A stretch of DNA of 64,000 nucleotides from Podarcis erhardii. Its lineage: Eukaryota. The first letter of the stretch is position 1. Each line of letters begins with the position of its first letter. Of this stretch, positions 1 to 13,998 are shown piece after piece. A model generated the notes under the pieces. The model worked only from the letters and a program-made list of their open reading frames with translations, had not been told where the DNA came from and made no database searches. A program made the position numbers and the translations under genes. The stretch is from assembly GCA_964252035.1 (NCBI GenBank), contig OZ176201.1; one strand, given 5' to 3'.

Positions 1-560
1 CACTAGAAAATATTTTAGGTTGTGTGATACCCTTGGACCCACTGTAATAATGTGACATAGACTGCAAAGCCAGAGAACTAATTTCTTATACGATACCTGT
101 TGCAGTGATATATCCAATATTAGTGTGGTAAGAAAATGTAAGATCAATATTAAAATGAAAATAGGTACTAAACAAGGATGTCCTTTCTCACCATTGTTTT
201 TTACTCATGCAATGGAGCCTCCAGCAACAGCAACGAGGGAGGATTCAGAAACTGAGGGTTATGAAGTTTCTGGTGCGCAACATAAAAATTAGTTTATTTG
301 AAGATAATAGAGTTCTTTTGATTTCAGATCCAATCTCATCTATCACTAAGATTAAAACATTATTAACTCAGTACGAACATCTCTCTGGTTTCTCAGTCAG
401 CTACTTTAAATCTGAATCCCTTTTTATAAATTTAGGAAAATGATATGTCTAAACTTATGACATGTGCCAAATCAATTAAATATTTAGCAATTCACATTTC
501 CAATTTTTTTCATACATTATATCACATGAATTATAATCCAAGTATACAGAAATTAGGACC
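1..560 (+). mobile_element. Degenerate L1-clade LINE ORF2 reverse transcriptase fragment
   Basis: Translation from 161 gives IGTKQGCPFSPLFFTHAMEP (GTRQGCPLSPLLF motif). After a frameshift it reads ISLFEDNRVLLISDP (decayed LYADD) and LSGFSVSYFKSE, later IKYLAIHI (KYLGI motif). Frameshifts and stops indicate an inactive copy. Confidence 0.85.
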
Positions 561-850
561 ATACTTTTTATTATTAATTTTTATTGAGAATATTTCAATT
601 GAACAGAATAATGGGGAGAAAAGAATACAGTAAAGAAAAAGAAAAGGCATATTACATCACTATATAGGCAAACAACAACAATTCCATATATGTTTGTCTG
701 GTATATAAGTATGTAAATGTTATTATTATTCAAATAGATAGATGGTTATTTATAACCTACTATATTTTTTATAAACAAGCTCCAAATATTGTTATACTTG
801 TCCAGACAAAGTTTATGTAAAATAAACTCCACTGTCTATTTTATGTAGTA

Positions 851-1130
851 ATCTGCAGCAAATGTTTGAGCCCCATGCTGAAGGAGTGGTCAAATTGTTC
901 TGATTCCCAAAGGGTTTCCTTTTTTATTGAACAGCTGCAGGCATAGCATGGAGGAAGTAGCAGACTATCTGAGAAAAGCCATGAAACTACGTTGTCACAA
1001 GAGTGGCTCTTCACCCTGCTAGGCCTGTATAGTTTTCTCCCATAGTATCCCCTCCTATGAACAGATGCCAAATTTTGTTTGTTGACTGTTTTATACTGTT
1101 TTCTCTGTTTGCTAATAAAGGTTGATTGAT
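851..1130 (+). mobile_element. Possible 3' end of a non-LTR retrotransposon (clade unresolved)
   Basis: Frameshifted C-terminal-like reading (SDSQRVSFLL..EEVADYLRKAMKLR), then a T-rich 3' UTR ending AATAAAGGTTGATTGAT, a polyA signal plus short-repeat tail. Confidence 0.35.
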
Positions 1131-4100
1131 GGATGTAAAATAAAAAAAATCAGAGTGGTTTCAGAATGAAATTTCAAAATGAAATGTACATGCATTTAAA
1201 AAAAAATCCTCACTTGAAGGGGCTAGCAGAAGTCTCAAGCAAAGTCCATTTCAAGTGAATGTAACAGCAAGTCACATCTCCACTTAATCACTGGGAAATG
1301 AGGATGCTATCGCCTAAACCATGAATAACTTGAAATAAAAATCCCATGAACACAACCCTTAGCTCACGGAGCAGGAGTGGATGGTAAAATTATTAACTTC
1401 CTAATCATTAATGCTGTTAATTGCATTGGATGTCTACTGGGTGCTTCTTGACATGTGTGTTTATTTTCTCCCTAATCTTTAGTCCCATTCTCATACCCGA
1501 AATTTGTTCGCATTGTAACAGCAGGTGGTAATAAGGATGTTAGATTCAGCTGGCAAAAAGCATAATGTGTGATGGAATAACTGCGTCACTTTCCGTATAA
1601 ACTGGCAGCACAATCCTGGACTGTGCAGCTGTAACCAGCTCTAGTGTGACTTGCCCAGTTTCCAAGCATAAAAAGTTACCTGATTTAAGCCGTTATAGCT
1701 AGTGTGTGCTATAATGTCCAATTGGCCACATGCCTCTGCCTCTACAGCATGGCAGTGTGTATACCAAAGCAGCCCCCTGGCTCTTTAGCAGAATGGATTG
1801 GAAAGCATGTCTCGGTAAATGCATTGGGTACTTGGAGATGTCACTCTTCAAATTCAGTCACTAAAATTACAGACGGCACATTCCAAAGCTGAAGAGATGG
1901 TGGGGCAATGCCAGACTTAAGACAGCTGGCCCCTCATCATCTCTCCTGTTTCAGGAGGGGAGACAAACAATCAAATAATAGTTTCTCAGTGACTATTGCG
2001 ACATCAGCATTGTACAAATTTGCCTTGAAGTAATCTAAATAGAGAAAGTTCTGAAATACAACAGTTGAGAAGTTGACAGATATGAAGGAAGCAGGAACAC
2101 AAGTCCCCACTGGGAAGTGGAAGAGTGGTAAAGACTGCAGACAGGGATAGGAGCAGGATGCACACCTGAAAGCAGCCCTTTTCTTCCCCATGTCCAAACC
2201 CTTCATCAGGCTGCTTCTGGGGAGTCAGAAGCTGTGAGCAAATCCTGCTTCTATTACTGGGCTCAGGCAGCAAGCATTCCCTCAAAGAACTGCCTCATTG
2301 CTCTCCCTGGCCTTCCTGATCTTCCTCAACCAGCATTCAGTTTCTCTGTCTGCTTCCACACAAAGAATCCGATTGACTTTACAAGGAGAACAGAGCATTA
2401 CTTCCCATGCTCAGAAGAAACTGCAAACAATAACCAAGAAAGTGTAACTGAAACCCAAATTGACTTTCCCAAGTCCCAGATCTATTTAATTTCTGTGTAA
2501 CATAAATTTATCACACATTTTTGTTTAAATCTAGAGTTTCCAGTGAACCGATTTTTTTAAGCATGGCAGGATCCAGTCCACCTTCTCTTTGACATTCATT
2601 CCGTTGCATTTGGGGGATGAAAGTTGCTCTCTTGGAAAATGTTATAAAGATTACTATCGAGGCTGGTTTTATTCACTTTTTGTGTCAGTGGTCTGGAAAA
2701 AAAATATGTAGCAAGGTGATAAAGAAAAGGATAATGGCACAAAGTGGAGGGGCGAATCATTGTCAATTTAAGAGGCAATGGTAATAAACTTCAAAATGAT
2801 TTGGGCCATGCAGGAGTAGGCTGGTAAATGATTTATGTGGTTCACTGGAGAAAAATGGAAGGTGATGATTTAGGATATAGTGTTTGTCACAGGATTGGTT
2901 TAGCAAAAGTTTACTGGTGAAAAGGACAAAAGTCACTGCACATAGTTCTCAAAATGAATAGAAATAACTACTGCTTTGCTTTAAAACCATGCCTCCCTCT
3001 TTTGATTTTTGGTGCATGCAGTACGTCGTGCAAAAGCTTGATCCATAAAACAGTTGAGCCATCATGTTGACCTTAAGGAGCTTTTGTGTGACAACAAAAG
3101 GTGGAACTTCTCAGGATAAAAATATGTATATTATATTGTTTGCAATTCAGGATAAATATGCCTTTCTACCATGTGTATCCATGGGCTGGTCAGCCACTGT
3201 GTACATCATTTGCCAAGTCTCATATTCAAGACAAAATAACTACCCCATTGTAATATGCACACATTTTCCTCTATGGAGATTACATCCATGAAGAGAAGTC
3301 AGTGGGAAAAGCAGCTCTTAATCTCTGGATACAACCAGTTCAACTATAAGTACACCAACCCAAGGAGATCACAGCATCACTCTGTATTCATTGGATAAAC
3401 TATACATAAGCACAAGAGTCTAATAAGAAGCCTTATAAATCAATTAAACCTTCTGACCTTCCTCAAATACGAAGAAATTTGGGTCCAATACCAGCAGAAA
3501 ATGGTTAACTGGCACATATAAAGATACTGTATTGTTGAACTTATGAACTGGTTTCTGAATGAAATTTGCTGCTGTTCAATACTATTACAATAGAAATGTA
3601 ATACTTCACAAGAAAGCACTGTATTTCTGTGCTGAATCTGGCCATTTCTGCAACTGCAGATAAAACTGGAAATATCCTGGGAGGAAAACCATTGAGGGCT
3701 CAAAAAGTCCACTATTGCAAAACCACTTCAGTTTATTTGGAGAAAATGTTTTATTGGTGGTGGTAAAGGAAGTGACTTTTTGAAGAAGACAGCTAAATCA
3801 TTGTGCTAAACCTGGCATAAAACATTTTAAAGACAAGGGGCGTCCTGCTAGCCATGTACATAGTTACAAATGCTTGTTTTATTACTTTTCATTTAAATAT
3901 GTTATCCTTTCCTACAACAAAATGATGCTTATTCCCAAGTCAATGTCTTTAGCATTAAGGAAGCAGAACCAAACTCCATTTTATTCCTGAAGTCATGCTA
4001 CTGCTTTGCTTAGGTGAGCATAAAATATCTGCACATGCTCATAATATTTCTGTTTTTATCAGGGTTGGTCAACTGTTTCTTTTGGCTTTTTGTTGTTACA

Positions 4101-7100
4101 TAATTTACAACTGCTTGTGATATGTAAGAAGAGAAATGTTAATTACATGTTTCACAAGTTAATCAATGCTGCCTAAAACAAGAGCCCACTTTGATGGGTT
4201 TTTTTTTAAAAAAAAATACCATTAAGTGCAAGGTCCAAGTTGTAGGTGCATCTGCCACAGGGTCATTAAGTTGGCCTACAATCAGTTTTAAGCTAATACA
4301 TTAATTCAATTGGGCTAAAAAGACAAGGAACATGATTCTGTGATTCACAACTATTTAAATCAGCATCCTTGAACTGAAGCAAGTTAACAACAACCAGATA
4401 AATTCAAAGGGACTAGAACAGTTTAAATGTGTGTAAGGCAACTGTAGATGATTTGTGAATCACACTGTAAAACCCTACCAGCCACACACAAACAAAAAAT
4501 ACAAAAATAGGAGGAAGACCTGTGGGTGATGCGTAAATCAATCTCCAGATCCACTGACATGATGATTAATCCCACCCTGTCAAGGGTCAAATTCCCACAG
4601 CATGACATTTTTGATCACTGAGACTTCAAAACACATCTTTTTGAGGCTACATATCAAACCAAAAGCAGGAGTTTAAATCATTAACAGCACTGATTGGCTG
4701 GGGGGGGGGCATTTTGAACCACTGAGTAAAACAAATTGTGTAATTGCAGGGACTCAAGAACCAATGAAACTATGCAAAAACATACTGAATTAGGATGGAT
4801 GTCGGAAGACTTGTCGTATGTTTCACCTGAGCCACAGACCTCCAACTATATCCCCAACAATATGAATGGAAATAAGAAACCCACTTTACATGCAGATCTG
4901 CCAGCTCTCCTTATTTTTATACTTATCTCCAGAATTTATATATATCACCTATTTGTCATGCAGTGTATCCGGCAGAACACCATGGGAGAAATACTAAATT
5001 TGAGAACTAACCTCTCGTGCCCCCACTTGAAAAACTGATTTCTCAGCTTCATCTTCGTTCTGGACAATTTCACCGTCACCAGAGTATCCAAATCCATCCG
5101 TTTATCAATTAGAGCAGAACTAAACTGAGCTCGTTAGATCAAAGTGAAGACTTCAGAAATGCTGTTCAGCTTGCTGGTATTGCTGCACCTTGATGTAACC
5201 ACACTACAACTTCCCCTGACCTGCGTACCTTTTTACTGACTGTCGTTTGCCTGGATCAGTGGATATGAAATTTGGTCACATCACATATTTTGTATTAAGA
5301 AACCGTACCAGGGGAGAGAAGAAGTGATATGGAGCTTCTGTTTTAGATAGCTAGCGTGCATCTCCAGTGATTTCTGGTTCTTAGATAGTGTTGCCCTCAT
5401 ATTTGGAGGGGGACCTTTCTGGGACCCCCATATGCTGCTGTTGTGGGGTGCCTCAGATGCTCGAAGCCTAGTGCTTCTCGGCTCTGCAGTGGGGCTAGGC
5501 TACCCAGTTTTATCCCATGCCAACTGTGGTATTTCATAGTATTTCACCTTTTGTCACTGGGAGCAGTATCTTGGCATATTCCAAGCATGGCCTGTTGTAT
5601 GGCCCCCAGACAGAATTTCTAAATAGCTGGTCAATTTGTATTTGGTGGGGTTGGTAAAAGGGAGACCCCTAAGGACATATTTCAGTCTGGGTAAGATATT
5701 AATTTTAATGCTGTGAATCCCACACAGTCCTGAAGAAGCTCTGCAAAAAGGAGACTATTAGCATTTAACTATTGTAACATATTTTGACCCTAAATTTATT
5801 CTTGACCATGTTCAAGATTTATCACAGAAAAGGAAATATCCTAAAAACGTTGATCTGATAGCAAACAAAAAAGGCGTGTCACATGCACAGTATTCAAGAT
5901 GCAGCTTTGTTCAGACATATTAAGCAAGCACAGCATGCACATGAAAGTACCTTCTCCCTATGATGTACATACACTTATGAATAAACATTTTTATTCTTGG
6001 CATGGGCACAATGATGCCAAAACATTTGAAGGCACGATTAAGTATCTGCAGGCATGCATCGTGGATTCGCAGCATCTGCAGAATTAATCACGGGGAGCAC
6101 AAGTAAGGCTGAGAAGCTTACTGCCTCAAACAGATTTTTAAGAAGACTTCTTTATGCTTACTCTCCTACCGTGCTGCATCAGGTTGGGGAATGGTGGGAT
6201 GACCTAGGAATAGAGATGAAAGAACCAGCTTTTAGCTGTTCCTTGTCAGTTTCACTAATGCTCACAGTTCTGCCCCATTTTGTGTGTGTGTGTGTTTTCT
6301 AAAAGAGCATGCACAAAAATACACACACGAATTGTATGCATTTTGAACACATTTTTTCACATAAAATATATGCTTTTGTGTACACTTTGGGGACTGAAAC
6401 TGCATCGTGAAATCAGGAACAGGGCATAATCTGACTGACAGTAAGCCTGCGCATGTCATATTGGGTACGCAAAAAAGTGGACCAAATGACTTGTCCATGC
6501 TGATCCCTACCCAGGAAGCCAAAGTGGAATGGAGCTGGGAACAAATCTGAAGCCAATACATGTGAGTTTTAAAAGGACTAAGCAATAGGAAATTTGAGTG
6601 GGGACACTGAAAAAGGGTTCAGACAGAAGCTGTAGAATAACTGCTTCTATGATTACTGTCTTGTAAAGAATAAAAATGAAGATCTGCCATTTTAGCATCA
6701 CAACTCTAGATGTAGGGGACTTCGGTTTTCCTTACGCTTTGATCTTTGGCATGTCCTCATGATTTGTGCTGTGTGCCAAATAGGTCTTAGAGACAAGCCC
6801 AGAGTTAGTCCCAACAATGTAAACTATAGAAAGAACACTGCCACACAGCATTTTAGACCCTCTTCTTCCCTTTGGCAAATGTTGAAATGGCGACAAGATC
6901 ACACTGGCCTATTTATTCTGAATGTTTGTAAGTGATGCCAAGAAATGTTTGATGACGATGATGATTTTAGGCTTTAATTAGTGTCACTTAGCTGTTCATT
7001 ATGCATTTCCAGAGTAGTCTTTGATGCAGAGCAACGTGGCATGTGCTAGCAGGACAATATTCACCCAGCTGGTTTTGCCATCAGCTATCATGTTATGAAA

Positions 7101-7275
7101 TAATAATAATAGTAATCCTATTATTCATAAATACAAAAACAACAGACTGAGAAACAGCTCCACATAGACACTAGAGTGATAAATTGACCATTTACTTTTT
7201 AAAAAAAAAAATCTATCTAGCAGGTATAGCTATTGTGTACTGGTGCCATCTTGTGGTGGAGAGACAAGAGACTAA

Positions 7276-7342
7276 CAATTTTATACATACCTGTTCAGAA
7301 GTAAGTTCCAATAGATTTAATGTGTGTGTATGGACTGCAGCC
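7276..7342. mobile_element. Internally deleted Harbinger-like hairpin MITE
   Basis: Shares cagaagtaagttcca and the terminal gcagcc|taa with copies at 22928 and 24085. Confidence 0.5.
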
Positions 7343-10300
7343 TAAAGGCTCTACTGCCATCAAACAGGAAAGAAAGAACTGTTCTTACTCTCTAGTTTTT
7401 AGTGGATGTCCATATCACTTGACCACTGGTTTCTAATGTCAAGTATTCCACAAAACCCCTATATAGTCATGGTCCTTTTTAAATGCATCACAATGGGAAA
7501 GAGATGTGGGCCTTTAATTGTCACAGTGATAGCAAATGTGTTCACCAGGCCTACAACATATGCATTCTTCGCTTGGCACCTCCTGTACTGCTGTGCAGTC
7601 AAAGCCACATTGACACAAATTTACTATTCTCTTTTATGTATGGCGTATTTTAGTTGTTGTTTGATCTCATTTTCAGCTATCTCAGTTAAGGCTTAAAGCC
7701 AGTAACTGTTCATTTTAATGTTTACTACTCACATATGAGCGCTGTTCACTGTAACTGCTTGCTATATGTTGGTCTGACTCCATTCTCAGTTGATTAACTT
7801 TAATTAGCATAACTTTCTATTTAATGTACATAATTAATGCTTTAAATAATCTATATTTTAATCACACAGCTGATCATGTATATTTTGATTGGTCCAGGGG
7901 CCAGTGCTAGTTGCTGGCAGTGCACATGTTCAGGGTGTGCTTGCACCAACATTTTGAAATTCTGTCCCTTTGGCAATTAGACAGGTGTCTTCTACTCTGT
8001 GTTGTAGACACATGTTGAAAAACCTCTCCTTTTAATCAGGTCCCCAGCAGAATTGTTGCTTTTAGTTTGCAACCATTTCTATCTATAACACAATATTTCC
8101 ATGATTTTTTTATATCTTATGTATTTTTATATGATCCAGTTCACTGCTTAGATGTATATTGAGTGGTTTATAATTTTTTTAAAATAAATACGTAATAATT
8201 TATCTCCTAAACACATGTTTATGTGTTCTTCTTATGTATGTCTTACTTTACAACTAACAAGGATTAACCACTCCCATATCTTGAAGGATGTTGCTCTGTT
8301 GAAACAGACTGGTGTTTACTCTTGCCTACAAAGAGCGGCACAGAGTATTTTTCTTTTTCTGTGTTATATGTGCTATAATTAGTGATAAGCATAAAAAGGA
8401 GGCAGAGAAAATTCAACTAATGACATGTGACAGAACTTCCTTTCCCACCCCATTCCAGTACACACTACTTGTCCACTGCAGCCAAGGTGCCCATAAGGAT
8501 CCACTGACAGATCTGTGCTTGCTTGCCTTGCTTCCACCTGAGCTGAATTTCCGATTCACGTCAGAGGCACTTTTTCCAGTGCAACTAAAATCTGCACATT
8601 ACTAGCCAAGCAGAACAACCAGCAACATGGTGCATCTTGCCTTTGGCTCCTACATGGCAGCTATTGTGACAGTTGCTTCATTCATAGGAGAAGACATGAC
8701 AAAGATAAATGTGGAAAACTCACCCACTGTAGCACCAGCCTGTCCTTCTCATCTGCTACTCCAGAAGGCTTTTAACAGTAATTCAGAGCGAGGCAAAAAG
8801 GTCGTGTTTCTGTATATATAGATATAATGCCTTTCAGAAATAGGCTAGTTTGCTACACACACACAAACCATATATATCTATTCTTGTTAATATTTTCTTC
8901 CTGAGGATTTAAATTGGCAATGGTTTTTATTAATTGCTTGTGGGTACCTTTTATTGCATATAAATTTTAAAATGCCAGTATGGGAATCTGTCATACAACA
9001 GACTAGCTATAGCCACACTTGAAATTCTTGATGATCTGCCTCCAGGCACACCACTCATTTTGCTACTTATACCTTCATTATCAGTTGACTCATTAATCAT
9101 AACCTTCGCTTGTAAGGCAGAGTGAATGGCCAGAGGCAGCACTTAAGAAGCCAGAAATCTCATGCTTATTTTGTTCAAACACAGAATTATAAAGAAACAT
9201 CCATCCCATCACTACTATATATTGATTTTTTTTAAAAAAGGATCACCACCAATTTTAAATATATATATTAAGACCAATTGATCCATTAATTTTATGTTTA
9301 TTAAATTCCAATTCCATTTAGTTCAAGTGTTAAGAGTAGGAGACATCATAAGCAAGCTACTCAAAAGAAGGAGGGAAGGTGCCTTATTTATAAATGATAT
9401 ACTCCAAATTCAAAATAGAGGCTGTGAAAAGGCATATGCAATAATATCACTCTCCTGCAACCCTGACAGACCTATACTGAGGCAGTCTCAAAATAATAGC
9501 AATTGCCAGTCAATATGAATAAGTACCTTAGAGCTAAAGCAAGCACATAGATTCTACTCCTGTCAGTTTAAACTTTATTCACATTCATGTAGTGCAAAGC
9601 CCTAAAACTTGAATAGGTGATAGCACATAAATTACTAGGTGTCTGCTTAGAGAAAGCTTCTTCCAGCCCATTTCTACATATGTTTATCCAGAAATAAGTT
9701 GCACTGACTTCCACTAAGATTTCTCCCTAATACATCTGCATAAAATAAAGAGTTCTAGCACACAAAACATATGTCTGGATCACTTTTAGCAAATTTTGAC
9801 TCATATGTTTACAAAGGCTCTGGAATGACTAACAATTGTGCCATTTAACCTGTTAGTGCCAGATCCATGGAAGAAAGGAGTTCATTACAATCTGCAAGTT
9901 CACACATATTCAGTGTCACTCTCTTTGTGATGTTTTCTCTCAACTTCCAATGCTATACCCTTAACAAAGAAGTATTCCAAGGTCAAGCCTTGATGCTAAT
10001 TAAGATTTGTTCATAGGATTTTTCTAAATTTCAGGGATTTTTATTGAGAGTTCTTTCAAGGAAGCCAGTGGACAGCTGGTTAACCAACAATAACACAAAA
10101 TGAGGAAATGGACATTGGTTTCTAGATTGATTGCTAAATATTTAATTGTCTTATCTCTGTTCTGCACAAACTGCAAACATTTATATTGCAGCCAAAAGTT
10201 TCCCCAGGAGAAGTCATAGCCAGAGACTTGTGGTTTTCATTTTTATCCATGACATGCAATGCAAGTTCACAATGTCTGCATACATACTTCACAGCTTCAA

Positions 10301-11165
10301 AACCATGGCTTTAGGAAGCTGTGCACATCGCGAATCTAGCAAACAGTGCAGAATTTTAGTATCTTGAGAAACTCACACATTTCTAACCCCTACAGGAAAA
10401 AAGGCTTGAGAGTACGTAGGCTTTAAAAATAACAATAATAACCCTCCCTTCCCGTTCAACACAAATGATTTTCTAAACTGGACCCACTCTGGAGCTTTCT
10501 TACATCTTTTAAAAAGCTGCTAGGATGATTGATGCTGAGCTGTACACAAACACTTAGGATTGCTGCCTTTTTTCTGACACCTGCCTCCCAGGATTTCGCT
10601 CATAGCCTGTGGCCAAAGTGCTCCGTGGAGGAACAGAGCGAGAGGCATAGCAACTGCTTTCTCACTTGGTGCTTCAGGGGCATTTATACTTTAAAGAGTA
10701 AAAGCAGAGGAACATTCTCCGGATAAAGACTGGGTTGCCTCCTAGTTGCCTCCCGTTTTCCTGACAAACTAGCTGTGTGCCATTAACTAGTGAGTGTGAG
10801 GCAGAAAAGCAGCTGTGCCTCCTTCTGGCATGGATGCCATGGGGAAGTAGCTGGCGATCCCCTCCTGCAAGGATCCTAACTACCCTCAAGGCAGCTGTGG
10901 ATGCCCTGCCCTCCTGGCCTGGCCCTTTTCACTTGCCCCGCTCCCAGATCAGATTGACGTGGACCACTGCTGAGGCTGGCTGTTAACTTTGAAAACTTGT
11001 GCCTGGGCTTGCTTTTCCCTTCTCATAACATGTATTTTTAGGCTGCGAAACACACCACTTCCCTCAACAAATTCTAGGCACTGCAGTTTTCCCCTCACAG
11101 GGTTACAGTTTGCTGCAACCCTTAACAAACTACAGCGCCCTGATTCTTTTGAGGGAAGTAATATA

Positions 11166-11396
11166 CAGTGGTACCTCAGGTTACATACGCTTCAGGTTAC
11201 AGACTCCGCTAACCCAGAAATATTACCTCGGGTTAAGAACTTTGCTTCAGGGTGAGAACAGAAATTGTGCAGCAGCAGTGCAGCGGCAGCAGGAGGCCCC
11301 ATTAGCTAAAGTGGTGCTTCAGGTTAAGAACAGTTTCAGGTTAAGAACGGACCTCTGCAACGAATTAAGTACCGTACTTAACCCGAGGTACCTCTG
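11166..11396 (+). mobile_element. Tc1/mariner (Tigger-like) MITE
   Basis: TIRs CAGTGGTACCTCAGGTTA / TAACCCGAGGTACCTCTG flanked by a TA duplication; same family in opposite orientation at 36913. Confidence 0.9.
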
Positions 11397-11515
11397 TACT
11401 TCAGGCGTTCTTTAAAGATATAGTATATATGGTCTGCCGCACTGCAGACCAACAAAACTAAGCCTGCGAGAATCAACAGGCTTCAATTCTTGCCACACCT
11501 GAAGTTTACCTGACT

Positions 11516-11652
11516 CATTGCTATTTTTCTAGAAAAAGAGATGCCAGAACTCACCATGAGCACCTCCTTTGTTCTCTTAGAATGGCAATGGTGCCCACCT
11601 GAGAGGTGCAGGAACTGAGTTCTGGCGAGTTCCTGCTGGAAAAAAATCCCTG
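11516..11652. mobile_element. hAT-type MITE
   Basis: Perfect 8-bp TSD acctgact (11508-11515 and 11653-11660); imperfect TIRs CATTGCTATTTTTC / GAAAAAAATCCCTG. Confidence 0.85.
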
Positions 11653-12910
11653 ACCTGACTCAATTTACAAAACAATAAACTTGATTTGTCTATGCATCCA
11701 CTCCAAACTTCCATGCCTGTTAAATAATACTGGCTGCTACTGAGTTTATTAAGCTATGCCACAGGAGACAGAAAGGTGGAGCACAAACATACTTCTCACT
11801 GCAATTCTTACAACTAATCTCAAAATGGCCGCTGTCCCATGAGCTACCTTGCTGCACATACCCACTCACATAACATGTTGGTTTCTACTGTCATTACACC
11901 AGTTATCAAGGAAATAAATAAAATATTTACCAATATTTAGCCTGCATAGAGAAGAAGATCATGCAGGGCCCACTATAGTGCTATATACTCACCAAAAAGT
12001 CAAGGCAACCAGTACTTCCTGTTTCCAGCAAAATGTGCCTGTGCAGCTGATTGGTTGTCCCTTGTGCCTATCACAAAGTCAAATGTCACCTCCCAAAATT
12101 ATGCCACATCTGCCAATTTTCAGCTCCTAAAATTAGTGTCTCCCTCCCTTCCCTGTCCTGCATCTACATGTGTTGCCTGCAATTTGCAAATTAACAGTCC
12201 CACAGGTGGAGATGTCTGAATTTAATAGAGGTTGCTGCCCCTTGCCGCAGAGTAGAATAAAAGAACACACATCAGCACGTCAAAAGCCACATAATGGAAG
12301 GACTGGCCCCACTACAGCAAATAGTTCATTCTGCAAAAGCTGCATTAGTGGCACTCAGCAGGCTAAGCAGTTATTTAAAAGATTAATATTCACATCTGCA
12401 GACTATGAAGTTGTCATTATCACACAGTTTTTTCCTATGGAGTTACAAGTTCTGTTGAGTCTAAGCAGTTCTCCATTCCTCAGCTGTTATGCATTTTTAT
12501 TGTTCTGTAGGAACAAGCACACATACACACATTTCTCTGTAAATCACCACTTCATATAAATTGAGGCCATTAAGCTAATCTCCTGCTCATCATGAAACCT
12601 TTTCCTGTTTGATGGCCTATATTATTTTTATATGATATCATCAAGCAAATTATGTATTTTTAATCAGCTTGGTGCGTTTTTTTCTGTTTTTTTATAGAAT
12701 TTGATATTCTAGACTTGAAGGCAGGAGCAAACCCTGTGTTACAATGATGCTACGGTACCCAATTTCCTCAGGAAGCGTGTGTTCTAATGACAAGACTGTG
12801 TTTATACATAACCACCTGGTTTGACAATACCTTTTTGCAGTCTCCTTTTCTCTCCTCAGTTGTCCTGAGCATGTGCAACAGGTATAGCTCCTGCTCATTT
12901 TAACTCCAAT

Positions 12911-13031
12911 GCAGCCCCTCCAGATGTTCCTGAACTACAACTCCCATCATGCCTGACTATTAGCCATATTGGCTGGGGCTGACAAAAAAAATAGTCCAAC
13001 ATCTGGAGGGCCACAGGTTCTGCCCCACCCC
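12911..13031. mobile_element. Short palindromic hAT/Charlie-like MITE (ccctccagatg...catctggagggc family)
   Basis: Internal inverted repeat ccctccagatg / catctggaggg; homologous copies at ~14020, 18600, 37262, 43055, 45288 and 58690. Confidence 0.7.
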
Positions 13032-13419
13032 CATTTTAGATGGCAAAGCAGAAATTGCAACAGTTTTAAGTTTTGGAAGCCTCATCTGTTGAACCTCTGG
13101 GTTATCATAAACCTATTTAAGGTTACAGAAGCCTGACCAGAAAAAGGCAGCGACACTAATCCATACTTATCTTTTGCCTCACGCTTTCTTGGCACAAGTC
13201 TGCACTTTAAAGCTTCATGTCTGAGCACTTATTTTATGTTATTTTTTGTCTGCCACTCGCCCCAGGAAAACTCACTCTTTACTGCCAAATTGGAACAAAT
13301 GACAATTTGGGTTTTCTGTGGATTACCATTTGCTCCAGTTCAACAGTAAAGAGTGGGTTGGTTTTTTTTTACTTTTGGCAGGGAAAACACATGGGGCAGG
13401 GGGAGCACTCAGACATGGT

Positions 13420-13554
13420 CAGTGCTTTTTTTCTGGGGAGGACGCAGGGAGATGCATACCCCTAAACATTTTGTGAATCTATTGAGGGGCAGTATTTCAA
13501 TACGAGTAGGAAAACGAGAGTACCCCTAAACATTTTTTTAGAAAAAAAGCACTG
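13420..13554. mobile_element. hAT-type MITE
   Basis: TIRs CAGTGCTTTTTTTCT / AGAAAAAAAGCACTG and a perfect 8-bp TSD gacatggt (13412-13419, 13555-13562); second copy at 32673-33159. Confidence 0.9.
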
Positions 13555-13839
13555 GACATGGTGCTTTAAAGCGTGGGCCTGTGCCTAGAAATGTGGCACA
13601 AAATTAAGTTTGGATGAGCCCTAACTCTGCCTCCTAGGAACACCAAGGCCATAGTAATATGATTAGGGTGATGGAAAACTATACTGTTGCTTCAGAGCTT
13701 TTAAAGAGGCAGAAGGCCCACTCATCTTCTGTAATGCAGCCATTTTCTGTCAAGAGCTTGCATAAAATCAGTTCCTAACAGAGGGATAACTAGCTCTGTC
13801 ATGGTTGGTTCCAAATTTTATGGGAATTCTGCACTTATT

Positions 13840-13998
13840 CAGTGGCGTAGCGTGGGTTGTCAGCACCCGGGGCAAGGCAAGTAATTTGCGCCCCCTAACC
13901 CGTGGATTTGCGCCCCCTAACCCTACCCCTAACCCTACCCCCCAGATGTTGCGCCCGGTGTGGCCTGCCCCCCCTGCACCCCCCACGCTACGCCACTG
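13840..13998. mobile_element. hAT-type MITE, GC/CpG-rich
   Basis: 17-bp TIRs CAGTGGCGTAGCGTGGG / CCCACGCTACGCCACTG; 8-bp TSD cacttatt / catttatt (7/8 match). Confidence 0.88.

Noticed and set aside
2170-2220. Minus-strand CTGATGA...GAAA with GCAGC/GCTGC flanks, superficially hammerhead-like
   Set aside because: No stem II pairing and no NUH cleavage triplet.
4413-4474. Phase-1 AG followed by GFYSVIHKSSTVALHTFKLF* on the minus strand, resembling the KLHL3 last exon (VIHKS)
   Set aside because: A much better terminal exon (GVAVIHKPL*, 29 nt) exists at 25441-25469. This site is 21 kb further on, beyond the probable polyA site, and the match is only ~11 nt. Treated as chance unless junction reads appear.
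1140-11100. Many 60-110 aa ORFs in the distal intergenic region
   Set aside because: Lengths match random expectation, with no domain similarity or exon-like pattern. No exon of a neighbouring gene was recognised.
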